A DNA stretch of 64,000 nt from an uncultured bacterium (GCA_964562805.1 CAZLUT010000001.1:32574-96573), one strand, 5' to 3'; numbered from the stretch's first letter, positions 36,233 through 45,874 are shown. Numbers and translations: made by a program. Notes: generated from the letters alone by a model not told the origin.

Positions 36233-37174
36233 ATGGGTAAGGGATTTCCAAAAGTAACAGTAGTTGGAGCTGGGTTTGTGGGCGCTACGACTGCTCAGCG
36301 GATTGTTGAAAAAGATTTGGCAAATGTTGTCTTGGTTGATGTGGTCGAGGGACTTCCTCAGGGAAAAGCGCTTGATATTATGGAATCGGCTTCTATTTTA
36401 GGTTTTGATGCCGAGATTACCGGGACTAATAATTACGAAGATACCGCAAATTCTGATTTGGTGATCGTTACAGCAGGTCTTGCAAGAAAACCTGGTATGA
36501 GCCGTGACGACCTTTTGATTAAGAATGCCGAGATCATAACCGGTATCACCAAAGAAGCGGCCAGGGTTTCTCCCGATGCAATCCTTTTAATGGTTACAAA
36601 TCCATTAGATGTCATGACCTATTTGGCTTGGAAAATTTCAGGCTTTGACTCAAGGCGTGTTTTGGGGATGGCTGGAGTTCTGGATTCAGCCCGCTACAAC
36701 GCCTTTATCGGTATGGAACTAGACGTTTCACAGAAAGATATTCGAGCCATGGTTTTAGGAGGACACGGAGATTCGATGGTGCCGGTACCGAACCTTTCAA
36801 CAGTTAACGGTATCTCGATTACAGAATTGATCAGCAAAGAAAACATTGCTAGCTTGAATGATAGAACTCGTAACGGCGGAGCTGAAATTGTCAAATTACT
36901 TAAGACGGGAAGCGCTTACTACGCCCCTTCGGCAGCGTGTTTTGCTATGACTGAAGCTATTCTCCGGGACACCGGAAGACTTCTCCCGAGCTGCGTGTAT
37001 TTAGACGGACAGTATGGGATCAAGGGTATTTATGGCGGTGTGCCGGCTCGTCTTGGTGCCGAAGGTGTAAAAGAGATTATCGAAATCAAATTAAGCGGAG
37101 ATGAATCAAAGGCGCTGAAAAAATCCTGCCAGGACGTTGAGACCAATATCAAAAAAATCTTATCAGGATCTTGA
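36233..37174 (+). CDS. mdh: Malate dehydrogenase (LDH-like MDH)
   Basis: KVTVVGAGFVGATTA Rossmann motif, IVTAGLARKPGMSRDDLL, VTNPLDVMTY, MVLGGHGDSMVP. Confidence 0.9.
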   Translation: MGKGFPKVTVVGAGFVGATTAQRIVEKDLANVVLVDVVEGLPQGKALDIMESASILGFDAEITGTNNYEDTANSDLVIVTAGLARKPGMSRDDLLIKNAEIITGITKEAARVSPDAILLMVTNPLDVMTYLAWKISGFDSRRVLGMAGVLDSARYNAFIGMELDVSQKDIRAMVLGGHGDSMVPVPNLSTVNGISITELISKENIASLNDRTRNGGAEIVKLLKTGSAYYAPSAACFAMTEAILRDTGRLLPSCVYLDGQYGIKGIYGGVPARLGAEGVKEIIEIKLSGDESKALKKSCQDVETNIKKILSGS

Positions 37175-37314
37175 ATATAATCCTGGCCAAAATCGTCAAA
37201 GATATAGAGCTATAGTCAAATAGGAAGTGCAACCCAAAAGGATAAAAGTTATAATCAGAGGTTCGGTTCTAAAAATCCAGCTCTAAAAAGAGCTATTAAG
37301 GTGAAGAAACAGTT

Positions 37315-37977
37315 ATGAAACATTTCCATCAAATCATTTTATTAGTTTTAGTAAGTTTACTTCTAATTCCGCAAATTGCCGGAGCCAAAGAATCGACACC
37401 GGGTGACGCACCTGAGCTTGTTATTGCTGATTTTGATTCGGGAAAAAAACCCAATAATGTTGGCGGTGACTTTGGATCTTGGAATTACGCTCCTCGGGAT
37501 GAAACTCAAGGATGTTGGGACTGGTTTGAACCTACCAATTTCAATGACGTTGAAGGCTATAGCGTGATTATGGAGTATGACGTTAAATCTCCTAATCCCG
37601 CGTTTTGCGGTTTATGGATGAAGCTTAAAAATGTAGATGTTTCACCCTATGATGTTTTAAGCCTGTGGCTTAAAGGCGACGAAAAAACAGGATTTACAAC
37701 GCGTTTCAAGATAGAAATGAGAAATAAACGCGGGAAACGTGCCGTTTATACCGTTAGCGGAGTTGATAATACCTGGCAGAATTTCAAAATTCCTTTTAAG
37801 AAAACTCGGGCTATTAATGATTGGAGTCAGATACAAGAAATGACTGTTGTATTTGATGATATTATGGCGACTAAAAAAGTGGGGCAGATTCTTTTAGATC
37901 AAATTAGTTTCAGGAAATATACCCCCGAAGAATTAAAGGCCCAAAAAGAAGCGCTAGCCAAGAACGCTGCCGCATAA
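37315..37977 (+). CDS. Secreted protein, function unknown; paralogous module shared with the next gene
   Basis: Signal peptide; the C-terminal block WQNFKIPFK...DWSQIQEMTVVFDD...ILLDQISF recurs in 37978-39984. Confidence 0.45.
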   Translation: MKHFHQIILLVLVSLLLIPQIAGAKESTPGDAPELVIADFDSGKKPNNVGGDFGSWNYAPRDETQGCWDWFEPTNFNDVEGYSVIMEYDVKSPNPAFCGLWMKLKNVDVSPYDVLSLWLKGDEKTGFTTRFKIEMRNKRGKRAVYTVSGVDNTWQNFKIPFKKTRAINDWSQIQEMTVVFDDIMATKKVGQILLDQISFRKYTPEELKAQKEALAKNAAA

Positions 37978-39984
37978 ATGAAACTTAAGGTTCTCGCTGT
38001 CAGCCTTTTGGCTGTAGCGAATTTAGTTTTTCTCTCAAGTGATATCGAGGCCGGCCAAGCGCCTCAAAAACTTAAAGAGACGCGTTACCAGCCGAGAGTT
38101 TTAAAACAGCCGACGCATCAAAACCGGGTTCTTCTCGTCGACAATTTTAATTATCCCAATATGATGAATTTGCTCGGAGGAGAAACCCAGGGCGATGAAG
38201 AAGAGCCGGGCGGACTCATTCCTTCCTACACACCCAGTGGCCGTTTAACGATGGGGGAAGCCGGACATTCTCTAAAAATGGATTACAACGTGGCGATACC
38301 CATGGCTATTGCCTATTATTGGACACGTCTTGGCCCTGTGGATTCGGAGGTTGTGGGAGCAACTTTTCCGATTGATCTAGAAGGTTTCAACTATCTTTCT
38401 TTTTGGATAAAAACCGACCGAGAATATCCTCGTTTTGCCATCGAATTTCACCAGGATGTCAATAATGACCATATCTTCACTCTTGGAAAGGATACCAATA
38501 ATAAGATTGCTGTTTCCAGCTTTATTCTCTCGCCGGCCGAAAAAATCGCGGGAGGCGCTGCTGAAGTTATCGTTGATGTTAAGGATAAAAGAATTTTAGT
38601 TGAGAGTCGTAAAAAGAAGAAACCTAAAGTTGAAGAAGAGCTAAAACCGCAAGAGGAGGAGAAGGAAGAAGATGTTATTGAGACAGCGTCATTGAGCGAA
38701 ACGCCCGATGAGGCGGGAGAAATGATAGAGGTAATGTCTCCGCCAATTCTTCCAGGAGGAGAGGTTCTAAAAGAAGAAAAAACACAAACCACAGAGCGCA
38801 AAACACAAGAAGTAGCTGCAAAAGAACCGGAGATTCAAGAAGTTAAAGAGCTGGAGGAGAAGAAGGAAGAAACTGCGAAAGAGGCAGAGCCGGAGAAAAT
38901 GGAAGAGAAGCAAGAAAAAGCAGACGCCGAGCCAAAAAAAGAAGAAAAGCCGGAAGATATAAGCGGCAAGGTTAAAGAAGAAGAGAAAACGGTTGAAGCG
39001 ATGAAGAGACAAAAACCTAGCTCATTGTTGCGGCTGAAGAAATATAAGCGACGCTCCAGAAAAAGAGTCACTTTCTTTCACACCGAAGGTCCGGCTACTT
39101 CGCCCGAAAAGGAAGTTAGCAGAAGGGAACTTGAAGTATCCAGACGAAAAGCGCCCAAAAAGAGAGCGGTGGAGATTGAAGTAGGCAGCACGGTTGTTTC
39201 GAGGGCTGTTGTTACAACTGTTTTGGGAAAAGGAACTTCAATTCAGGCGCCTACTCAAATTAGAGCTATGCGTAAAAAAGATTTGTCCTGGCGAAAAGTA
39301 GTGGTGCCTTTAAGCCGATTTCGCGGCATTACGGATTGGTCCAAAATTTTAGAAATGATTTTTCTTTTTAGTGATCAATTAGCTTCTGATCAGGGCATTA
39401 TCTATGTTGACGATATTCTTTTTGGAACGAACTATATGCATCCGAAACCTGAAAAAGTACGTGCACCAAAAATAGAATTTTTAAAATTTGCTAAACTCAA
39501 GGAAAACATTTCTCCCGCGGTTATACGGGGCATTCAGATGGCAAGCCGTAAGGAGGAAAACCAGGCTGTCCACAAAGTATCCGAGGAAGCTCTCATGGCG
39601 CGGGATGTGAGCGGAGATCTCCTTAAAGCTCAACTTAATTCAAGAGAGAAAATAATAAACTTTTTTAAAACAGAAGACGCTGAGAATTTTATTGATGGAG
39701 CGCGTCTCCCCAACACTTTTTTGCTCTATTTTAAGACAAGTGTTACTGACCCCACCTTAGAAACAATTCGTGTTGAAACAAGCCAGGACGAGGGGGTAAC
39801 GTGGAGTATTATTTCAAACCTTTATTCTCACCAAGAGGATGGGGTCTATATCTTTCCGTGGAGGCTTCCATCAACCGGGGCGGGTGAATCAATCTTATTT
39901 CGCTTAAATGCCGCTGATATTTGGGGGAGGGCGGCTGTTATGGGAGAACCTATTAAGTTTCAAGTTGGAGGTGCCAGTGAGTAG
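37978..39984 (+). CDS. Secreted protein with two beta-sandwich-like modules flanking a highly charged E/K-rich low-complexity region
   Basis: Start overlaps the upstream stop (TAAATG); signal peptide; E/K-rich segment about 38600-39180; module DWSKILEMIFLFSDQ...IYVDDILFG. Confidence 0.45.
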   Translation: MKLKVLAVSLLAVANLVFLSSDIEAGQAPQKLKETRYQPRVLKQPTHQNRVLLVDNFNYPNMMNLLGGETQGDEEEPGGLIPSYTPSGRLTMGEAGHSLKMDYNVAIPMAIAYYWTRLGPVDSEVVGATFPIDLEGFNYLSFWIKTDREYPRFAIEFHQDVNNDHIFTLGKDTNNKIAVSSFILSPAEKIAGGAAEVIVDVKDKRILVESRKKKKPKVEEELKPQEEEKEEDVIETASLSETPDEAGEMIEVMSPPILPGGEVLKEEKTQTTERKTQEVAAKEPEIQEVKELEEKKEETAKEAEPEKMEEKQEKADAEPKKEEKPEDISGKVKEEEKTVEAMKRQKPSSLLRLKKYKRRSRKRVTFFHTEGPATSPEKEVSRRELEVSRRKAPKKRAVEIEVGSTVVSRAVVTTVLGKGTSIQAPTQIRAMRKKDLSWRKVVVPLSRFRGITDWSKILEMIFLFSDQLASDQGIIYVDDILFGTNYMHPKPEKVRAPKIEFLKFAKLKENISPAVIRGIQMASRKEENQAVHKVSEEALMARDVSGDLLKAQLNSREKIINFFKTEDAENFIDGARLPNTFLLYFKTSVTDPTLETIRVETSQDEGVTWSIISNLYSHQEDGVYIFPWRLPSTGAGESILFRLNAADIWGRAAVMGEPIKFQVGGASE

Positions 39985-41320
39985 TAATTTAGATCATGCT
40001 TACGATGAATATTTAGCCACTAATGATAAAGCGGCCGTTAAGGCGTTAGGCAATTTTGCCAAGGAACTTCACAACTCTGATATTAGATTCGGCCGTTCTA
40101 CCTTGCCCACCTATTTTAAACCGCATTTTTTGAAAGAAAAGCAGGAGCGTTTAATTAAACACGCGACCGGCGGTATGGTTAAGATCATGAATAAGGTAAT
40201 TGATCTTTATATCAATGAGCCTCATCTAAGAAAACAATTTGAAATTGATCCTGAAATTGAACAGTGGCTTTTAATGGACCCCGGCTACAAGCAATCTGTG
40301 GTATTTTCAAGAATTGACGGTTTTATTGAGGGTGAGGCTTTAAAATTCGTAGAGTTTAACACCGACTCTCCGGCGGGTGCCGCCTACGCGGATACGATTG
40401 GCGGATTGATTACTTCGCAAGAGGAAACACAGCCTTTTTTTAAAGATCACCATCTCAAATGGGATCACCGGGTGAAAAAAATCCTAGAGGGATTGCTGCA
40501 TGCCTATGAAGAGTTTGGAGGTAGTGAGAAACCGCAAATCGGAATTATTGATTGGCGGACCGTAAGAACCCACCCCGAGTTTCAAATTATTAAAACCTAT
40601 TTTGAAGAAAAAGGTTACAAAACGACCGTTGCGGACCCTAGAGAATTAAATTTTAAGCACGGGAAGCTTTATCATGAAAATTTCCGCATCGACCTTGTTT
40701 ATCGAAGAGCTATTTTTAATGAATTGATGGCCAAGATGGACGAAGTGGAAGATTTTCTAAAAGCCTACAAAGAACGTGCGGTATGTGTTGTGAATCCGTT
40801 CCGTTCTAAAATTGCGGGCACAAAGGCAATTCTTTGTTTTTTATCAAATCCTGCTTATGAACGGTTTTTTACTCCAAAAGAAAATGAGCTCAAACGGGAA
40901 TTTATTCCGTGGACACGTCAGCTGATGGATGCTGAGCGTTTTTACGGAGAGAAAAAGGTCTTTTTAATTGATTTTTTGAAGGATGAAAAAGATTTTCTTG
41001 TCTTAAAACCCGGTGATAGTTATGACGCTAAAGATGTTTTTGTCGGACGTGAAACGAGGGAAGAAGACTGGAATTACGCCTTGGATAAGGCCTTGAAAGA
41101 AAATTGGGTATTTCAAGAGTTTATTAATGTTCCTATTATGAGTGTCCCGGAAGTCGTCAATGAACGGCTTGATTTTATCTATAAAAAAGTAAGTATCGGT
41201 CTTTATACAAGCGGCGGAAAATATTCGGGCGCCATGTCGAGACTTTGCGATGATGCAATCATTAGCGTTGCTCACGGGGCCAGTCTTATTCCGTGTGTGG
41301 TAGTGGAAGAAGAGAGGTAG
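39977..41320 (+). CDS. Glutathionylspermidine-synthase-like ATP-grasp amide ligase (YgiC/YjfC family)
   Basis: Pre-ATP-grasp motif KFVEFNTDSPAG (compare EYNADTPT of GspS). GTG start at 39977 with a GGAGG box 6 nt upstream chosen over the ORF-track start at 39908, which overlaps the previous gene. Confidence 0.45.
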   Translation: MSSNLDHAYDEYLATNDKAAVKALGNFAKELHNSDIRFGRSTLPTYFKPHFLKEKQERLIKHATGGMVKIMNKVIDLYINEPHLRKQFEIDPEIEQWLLMDPGYKQSVVFSRIDGFIEGEALKFVEFNTDSPAGAAYADTIGGLITSQEETQPFFKDHHLKWDHRVKKILEGLLHAYEEFGGSEKPQIGIIDWRTVRTHPEFQIIKTYFEEKGYKTTVADPRELNFKHGKLYHENFRIDLVYRRAIFNELMAKMDEVEDFLKAYKERAVCVVNPFRSKIAGTKAILCFLSNPAYERFFTPKENELKREFIPWTRQLMDAERFYGEKKVFLIDFLKDEKDFLVLKPGDSYDAKDVFVGRETREEDWNYALDKALKENWVFQEFINVPIMSVPEVVNERLDFIYKKVSIGLYTSGGKYSGAMSRLCDDAIISVAHGASLIPCVVVEEER

Positions 41321-41329
41321 TGCGCGTCT

Positions 41330-41746
41330 GTGAATCCAAGAGTTTTCTCGCTAGACGAAGCTAATCAGCTGATCCCTAAATTAAGGGAACTTACTCTAAA
41401 AATTCAGCATAAAAAAGAATTGATGCAAAAAAAACACGATCAATTGCTGATTTTAGATCTTTTGGCAGGAGATAAAATTAACGAACACGGTTCCCAAGAT
41501 AACAAGGAATATCTTTCAAAGAGTGCTGAGCTGGAGTCGCTGATTTTGTCGTTCGAAGAAGATGTTTCGGTGATCAACAGATGCGGCTGCTACCTTAGAG
41601 ATATTGACCGGTGTTCAATTGATTTTTTTTCAATACGAAAAAACGAATTAGTTTACCTTAACTGGCAGATGGGAGAGGAAGAGATTCGTTATTATCATGA
41701 CGTTGACACGCATTACAGTGATCGGAAAACATTCGGTGAAAAGTAA
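41330..41746 (+). CDS. DUF2203 family protein
   Basis: N-terminus FSLDEANQLIPKLRELT matches the DUF2203 start pattern (FTLEEANALLP...). Confidence 0.45.
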   Translation: MNPRVFSLDEANQLIPKLRELTLKIQHKKELMQKKHDQLLILDLLAGDKINEHGSQDNKEYLSKSAELESLILSFEEDVSVINRCGCYLRDIDRCSIDFFSIRKNELVYLNWQMGEEEIRYYHDVDTHYSDRKTFGEK

Positions 41747-41834
41747 AAAAACCTAAAAAAATTGTTTCGATTTTTCAAAAATCTTTTATCATTTTACTAA
41801 TTTTTAACAACATCTAAAAAGTGAAAAAAGAACA

Positions 41835-42386
41835 ATGAATTTAGTTCCTAAAAAAATTTTTCTGACAAAAGGTGTCGGAATTGACCGGCACAAGCTTAAT
41901 AGCCTTGAGCTGGCACTTCGCCACGCGCAAATCGCCTGTTATAACATTGTGCGGGTTTCGAGCATTTTACCCCCTCATTGTAATCGGGTTACTCTTGGTA
42001 AAGGACTCAAGTATTTGAAGCCGGGGCAGATCGTTTTTGCGGTCATGGCTGAGTCATCCACAAACGAACCAAACCGTTTGGTAGCAGCCAGCGTAGGGGT
42101 CGCAATACCCGCCAACCGCAGTCAATATGGCTACCTTTCAGAACATCATTCATCCGGTCAAACGCAAGGAAAAGCTGGGGATTATGCCGAAGATATGGCA
42201 GCGGGCATGCTTGCTACGACGCTGGGCGTAAAATTTGATCCCGAGGCCAGTTATGACGAAAAAAAAGAAATTTGGAAAATTAGCGATTCAATCGTCAGAA
42301 CATCGGAAATGACCCAGTCAGCCGAAGGAAATAAAAATGGTCTTTGGACTACTGTTGTTGCCGCCGCCGTTTTTTGCGACTACTAG
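41835..42386 (+). CDS. pdaD: Pyruvoyl-dependent arginine decarboxylase
   Basis: Size about 180 aa; VSSILPP self-cleavage site (Ser-Ser) in the conserved position; overall PvlArgDC-like sequence. Confidence 0.65.
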   Translation: MNLVPKKIFLTKGVGIDRHKLNSLELALRHAQIACYNIVRVSSILPPHCNRVTLGKGLKYLKPGQIVFAVMAESSTNEPNRLVAASVGVAIPANRSQYGYLSEHHSSGQTQGKAGDYAEDMAAGMLATTLGVKFDPEASYDEKKEIWKISDSIVRTSEMTQSAEGNKNGLWTTVVAAAVFCDY

Positions 42387-42395
42387 CCCTAGCTT

Positions 42396-42425
42396 CTAAC
42401 CACTATCAACTAACCACTAGTTAGT
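42396..42425. repeat. Intergenic repeat family copy D (CTAACCACTATCAACTAACCACTAGTTAGT)
   Basis: Two ACCACTA units between convergent pdaD and the minus-strand lipoprotein gene. Confidence 0.55.
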
Positions 42426-43359
42426 TCACTGTTTCGATAATCACGCCATCCGGCATTTTATAATAAAACATTTTTTCGGGAGCGAAGGAATTAAGAGATA
42501 GCTGCTTGATCTTGATTTCGGTTGTTTGATTTTTATCAAATTGCTTAAATTTAATCTGTCTTGGAAACGAGAGGTACATCTCGTAGCGAAAATCGTTTCT
42601 TAGAAATTCTACCTTTGGAATTCCTTGTTTTGAATAATGAACTTCTTTTTCAACCATCGCGTTAGTTCGGTTGATCCAAAGCCGGCGCTTTAAGACTTTA
42701 AGCTCCTTGGATTGATCAAACACGGATAACAAATAATAAGGACTTTCAACTTCTCTCATTTCCGCAACCTCATTTTTTAAGAGAGGTTTTGACACAAAAG
42801 AGCCTTCCACTAATATAGGATCTAATTGCATTTCAAAGCCCCTTAAAAATTTTTCGTAAGAAACTTTTCCCGTATAAACTGTGTTGTAGCGAGGGACGTA
42901 AAACCAGAATTCGGGATAATTCATTGTGAGAGTGAAGAAATTAGGCACAAGCTCTTTGTAGCCCTGGACTACTAATCGCCCCGGTTTTTTGTAAGTTACG
43001 CGAGCCAGGCAATTTTGGTTCGGGCTCGCCTCGGGGCCTAAAAAAACAAGATCAGCAGTTAATTTTAAACTTCGAAATTCAGAATAATCTCTTCTGATCT
43101 TCTCCAAAATTTTTTCCTTGGATAAGACCAACAGCTTGCTTGATTTTACTGTTTTTTCAGTTCCTTCTTGAACGGAAACTGAAGAGTTTATTATGCCCAG
43201 GGGAAGGATATCTTCTTTAGATAGACAGCCAGCTTGAGACAAACAACCTACTCCTATTAGAATAATGAGTGTCAAATTAAACAAACGTTTCAACAGACCC
43301 CGCTCCTGTAGTTGATCGATTATATAACAGTTTTTACTCGTCAACATCACTTGTTGCAT
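42421..43359 (-). CDS. Putative lipoprotein, function unknown
   Basis: Hydrophobic signal region ending in a lipobox-like LSQAGC. The ORF track extends to 43437 through a GC-rich structured leader, so an internal ATG start is preferred (start uncertain). Confidence 0.4.
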   Translation of the reverse strand: MQQVMLTSKNCYIIDQLQERGLLKRLFNLTLIILIGVGCLSQAGCLSKEDILPLGIINSSVSVQEGTEKTVKSSKLLVLSKEKILEKIRRDYSEFRSLKLTADLVFLGPEASPNQNCLARVTYKKPGRLVVQGYKELVPNFFTLTMNYPEFWFYVPRYNTVYTGKVSYEKFLRGFEMQLDPILVEGSFVSKPLLKNEVAEMREVESPYYLLSVFDQSKELKVLKRRLWINRTNAMVEKEVHYSKQGIPKVEFLRNDFRYEMYLSFPRQIKFKQFDKNQTTEIKIKQLSLNSFAPEKMFYYKMPDGVIIETVN

Positions 43360-43573
43360 ATTAATAAGTATTCTCTCTCTCATTTCGGGAGAGGCTTGCC
43401 CCGCACCCTTGTGGTATGGGGGTCGGGGTGAGGGCACAATGATACCTGTCCCCTAATAGGTGATAGTCACCCTTTAAACAATTACTGTTGTGAAAATGGG
43501 GGCACTTTAATTTTCAAGGCGTCCCTATTATCTTCATTATTTTGACTTTGAGAGAAGCTTAAGCTGTGCTACG

Positions 43574-43906
43574 ATGTCCGGCTCTATGGCCACTTTGGAC
43601 GATTATAAAAAGCTAGACTTAAGAGTTGCGGAAATTATAGAGGTTTTACCTCATCCGAGCGCCGATAGGCTCTATGTACTCAAGATTCGCGTGGGCGAAA
43701 AGGAGAAGCAAATTGTGGCCGGTATTAAAGAGTACTATAAGGAAGAAGACCTTAAGGGTAAAAAAATCGCTATTATTGATAATTTGGAACCGGTTGTGTT
43801 ACGTGGCGTTGAGTCGGAAGGGATGCTTTTAGCAGCCAAGGATGATAAAACTTTAGGAGTTTTAACTTTAGATAAGGCAATTGATTCAGGATCGGCTATA
43901 AAATGA
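43574..43906 (+). CDS. csaA: tRNA-binding protein (CsaA/Trbp111/EMAP-II-like OB-fold domain)
   Basis: LDLRVAEIIEV...HPSADRLYVLKIRVG...QIVAGI...LRGVESEGMLLAA matches the tRNA-binding domain pattern. Confidence 0.75.
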   Translation: MSGSMATLDDYKKLDLRVAEIIEVLPHPSADRLYVLKIRVGEKEKQIVAGIKEYYKEEDLKGKKIAIIDNLEPVVLRGVESEGMLLAAKDDKTLGVLTLDKAIDSGSAIK

Positions 43907-44223
43907 CAAAGTCTAAGGAATCCGAAGCAAAAGAGTTAAAGAAGGCTATACAGCTTTTGCAGAGAACTCAAGACGAGCAGTATGAAAGTTTGAAAAATGA
44001 ATTTTCAAACCGCGCGGAATCTCAATGCAACTTAATGAAATACTTGTTTCAAAAGTACCAAATTATGAAAGAAGTTTTAAAGGCTTTAACCGCTGAACTC
44101 GCGGTAGAGCCAAAACGTTTGGATGAGCTTTGGAAAGAGGCAAAAGAAAAATGTGCCTCAAGCTCAATAGAAGATGAAATGGTAGAAAACTACAGTGAGG
44201 AGCTAGGAAAAGACAATGGCTGA
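43903..44223 (+). CDS. Hypothetical coiled-coil protein
   Basis: ATGA overlap with the upstream gene; overlapping stop/start with the downstream gene; no recognisable motif. Confidence 0.35.
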   Translation: MTKSKESEAKELKKAIQLLQRTQDEQYESLKNEFSNRAESQCNLMKYLFQKYQIMKEVLKALTAELAVEPKRLDELWKEAKEKCASSSIEDEMVENYSEELGKDNG

Positions 44224-45862
44224 GATAGAACCGTTTCGAGCACTACGATTTGATAATTCTAAAGTTGATATGAGTAAAGTGACTTGTCCGCCTTACGATG
44301 TTATTTCGGATACCCAGCGTGATGAGCTTTACAGAAGAGATGCGAATAATTTTGTCCGCATCGAACACCCCCGGCCTGATAGGGAAGATCTTTCGGGTGA
44401 AGAGAAGTACGGGCGTGCTTCGACTAATATGCAGGAAATGATTTCAAAAGGCGTTTTGATTCAGGACGAAGAACCTGCTTTTTATTTGTATGAGCAAATT
44501 TTTCGTCATCCGGAGGCTAGAAAAAAATATTCACGGCTTGGCTTGTTTTGCCTTCTAAAACTCGATGATTCCGAAGAAGAAGGTACGGTGATCCCTCATG
44601 AGAAAACGCATCGCGCGGCGAAAGATGATCGATTTAAGCTTTTAAAAGAAACCCAAGCAAACACTTCGCCCATCTTTGGTCTTTATGAAGATTCTGAAAG
44701 TTTGATCAGTTCTATCTTTGATGATGAAGAGGGAACTGTTTTAACTGAATTTATGGACGAAAATGGGGACCGCCACCGCTTAATTCGCATTTCGAACAAA
44801 AAGACCGTGGAAGCAATTCAAAACATGCTCCAAGATAAAAAAATTACTATTGCCGATGGACATCACCGTTATGAAACCGCTTTAAATTATAAGCGGCACG
44901 CTGAGCGCCTTGGTAATAAAAAACCGGAAGATGATTATACTTTGGTTTGTTTATCAGAGTGGGATGAGCCTGGCCTTGTGATTTTGCCGATCCACCGGGT
45001 GATTCGTTCTTTTGGTAAGATGAGCCGCGTTGAGTTTTTGGTGCGCCTCAAAAGAGATTTTATTTTAAAAGAGATTTCTTTGCAGCATGTACCCCAGGTC
45101 GTTAAAGAGCTCGAACGGGATTTTGTAATCTATCTTGGTGGCAATTATGCCTACCACGCGATGTTAAAAGACCCCGAAATTTTAAAAACAGAGCTTCCCG
45201 AAGGAAAGCCCGAGGTTTGGTATGATTTAACTGTTACCTGGTTTGATCAATTGGTCTGCAAAAAGATCTTGGACCTTGCCGAGGAAAGAGACTTTGCTAA
45301 AACCGTGGGTTATAACTCTTCCTACAAAGGAGCGATGACTGAGGTGACAGCGGGCACTGCCCGTGCTGCTTTCCTGTTTTCGGCAACTCAAAAATCCGAA
45401 ATGAGAGAAATTGTTGGCGCTGACGAGTTAATGCCTCAGAAATCAACTTTCTTTTATCCTAAACTTCTGACAGGGCTTGTTGCTTATCCTCATTTTGAAC
45501 CAGCCGCCTTTGTTCGCACCCGGAAAGAAAAAGGTCGCGATACAAGACGGGGAGGAAGAAAGATTCAAATCGTTCCTACGGTGGCAGCCCAAATGAAAGC
45601 TGAAGGAGAGCGGAAAGAGGCTGAAGCGAGTGCCGCCAAGGCTCAGGCGGAGGAAGAGGTGAAGGCGAAAGAGGAAAATGCTGAGAGCCAAGAGGGAGAA
45701 AAACCACAAAACATAGAACACAAAGCGCAAGAAGAAAAGAAAGAGGAAGTAGAAGAAAAACAGGAAAAAAAGAAAGAGCCGGGAAAGAAAGAAGAAAAAA
45801 CAGACGCCGAGCCAGGAAAAGAAATTTCAGAAACTTCTAGCAAAGAACAGAAAAAAGAATAG
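44216..45862 (+). CDS. DUF1015 family protein with a C-terminal E/K-rich low-complexity extension
   Basis: N-terminus MAEIEPFRALRFDN...VTCPPYDVIS is typical of DUF1015; about 100 aa of E/K-rich tail from about 45590. Confidence 0.6.
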   Translation: MAEIEPFRALRFDNSKVDMSKVTCPPYDVISDTQRDELYRRDANNFVRIEHPRPDREDLSGEEKYGRASTNMQEMISKGVLIQDEEPAFYLYEQIFRHPEARKKYSRLGLFCLLKLDDSEEEGTVIPHEKTHRAAKDDRFKLLKETQANTSPIFGLYEDSESLISSIFDDEEGTVLTEFMDENGDRHRLIRISNKKTVEAIQNMLQDKKITIADGHHRYETALNYKRHAERLGNKKPEDDYTLVCLSEWDEPGLVILPIHRVIRSFGKMSRVEFLVRLKRDFILKEISLQHVPQVVKELERDFVIYLGGNYAYHAMLKDPEILKTELPEGKPEVWYDLTVTWFDQLVCKKILDLAEERDFAKTVGYNSSYKGAMTEVTAGTARAAFLFSATQKSEMREIVGADELMPQKSTFFYPKLLTGLVAYPHFEPAAFVRTRKEKGRDTRRGGRKIQIVPTVAAQMKAEGERKEAEASAAKAQAEEEVKAKEENAESQEGEKPQNIEHKAQEEKKEEVEEKQEKKKEPGKKEEKTDAEPGKEISETSSKEQKKE

Positions 45863-45874
45863 AATTCTACCCCT

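Noticed and set aside
38448-39071. Three overlapping minus-strand ORFs (38448-38801, 38767-39012, 38835-39071) with F/S/L-rich products
   Set aside because: They are the antisense reading of the purine-rich E/K-coding low-complexity tract of the + strand gene. They have no start context and no plausible protein composition.
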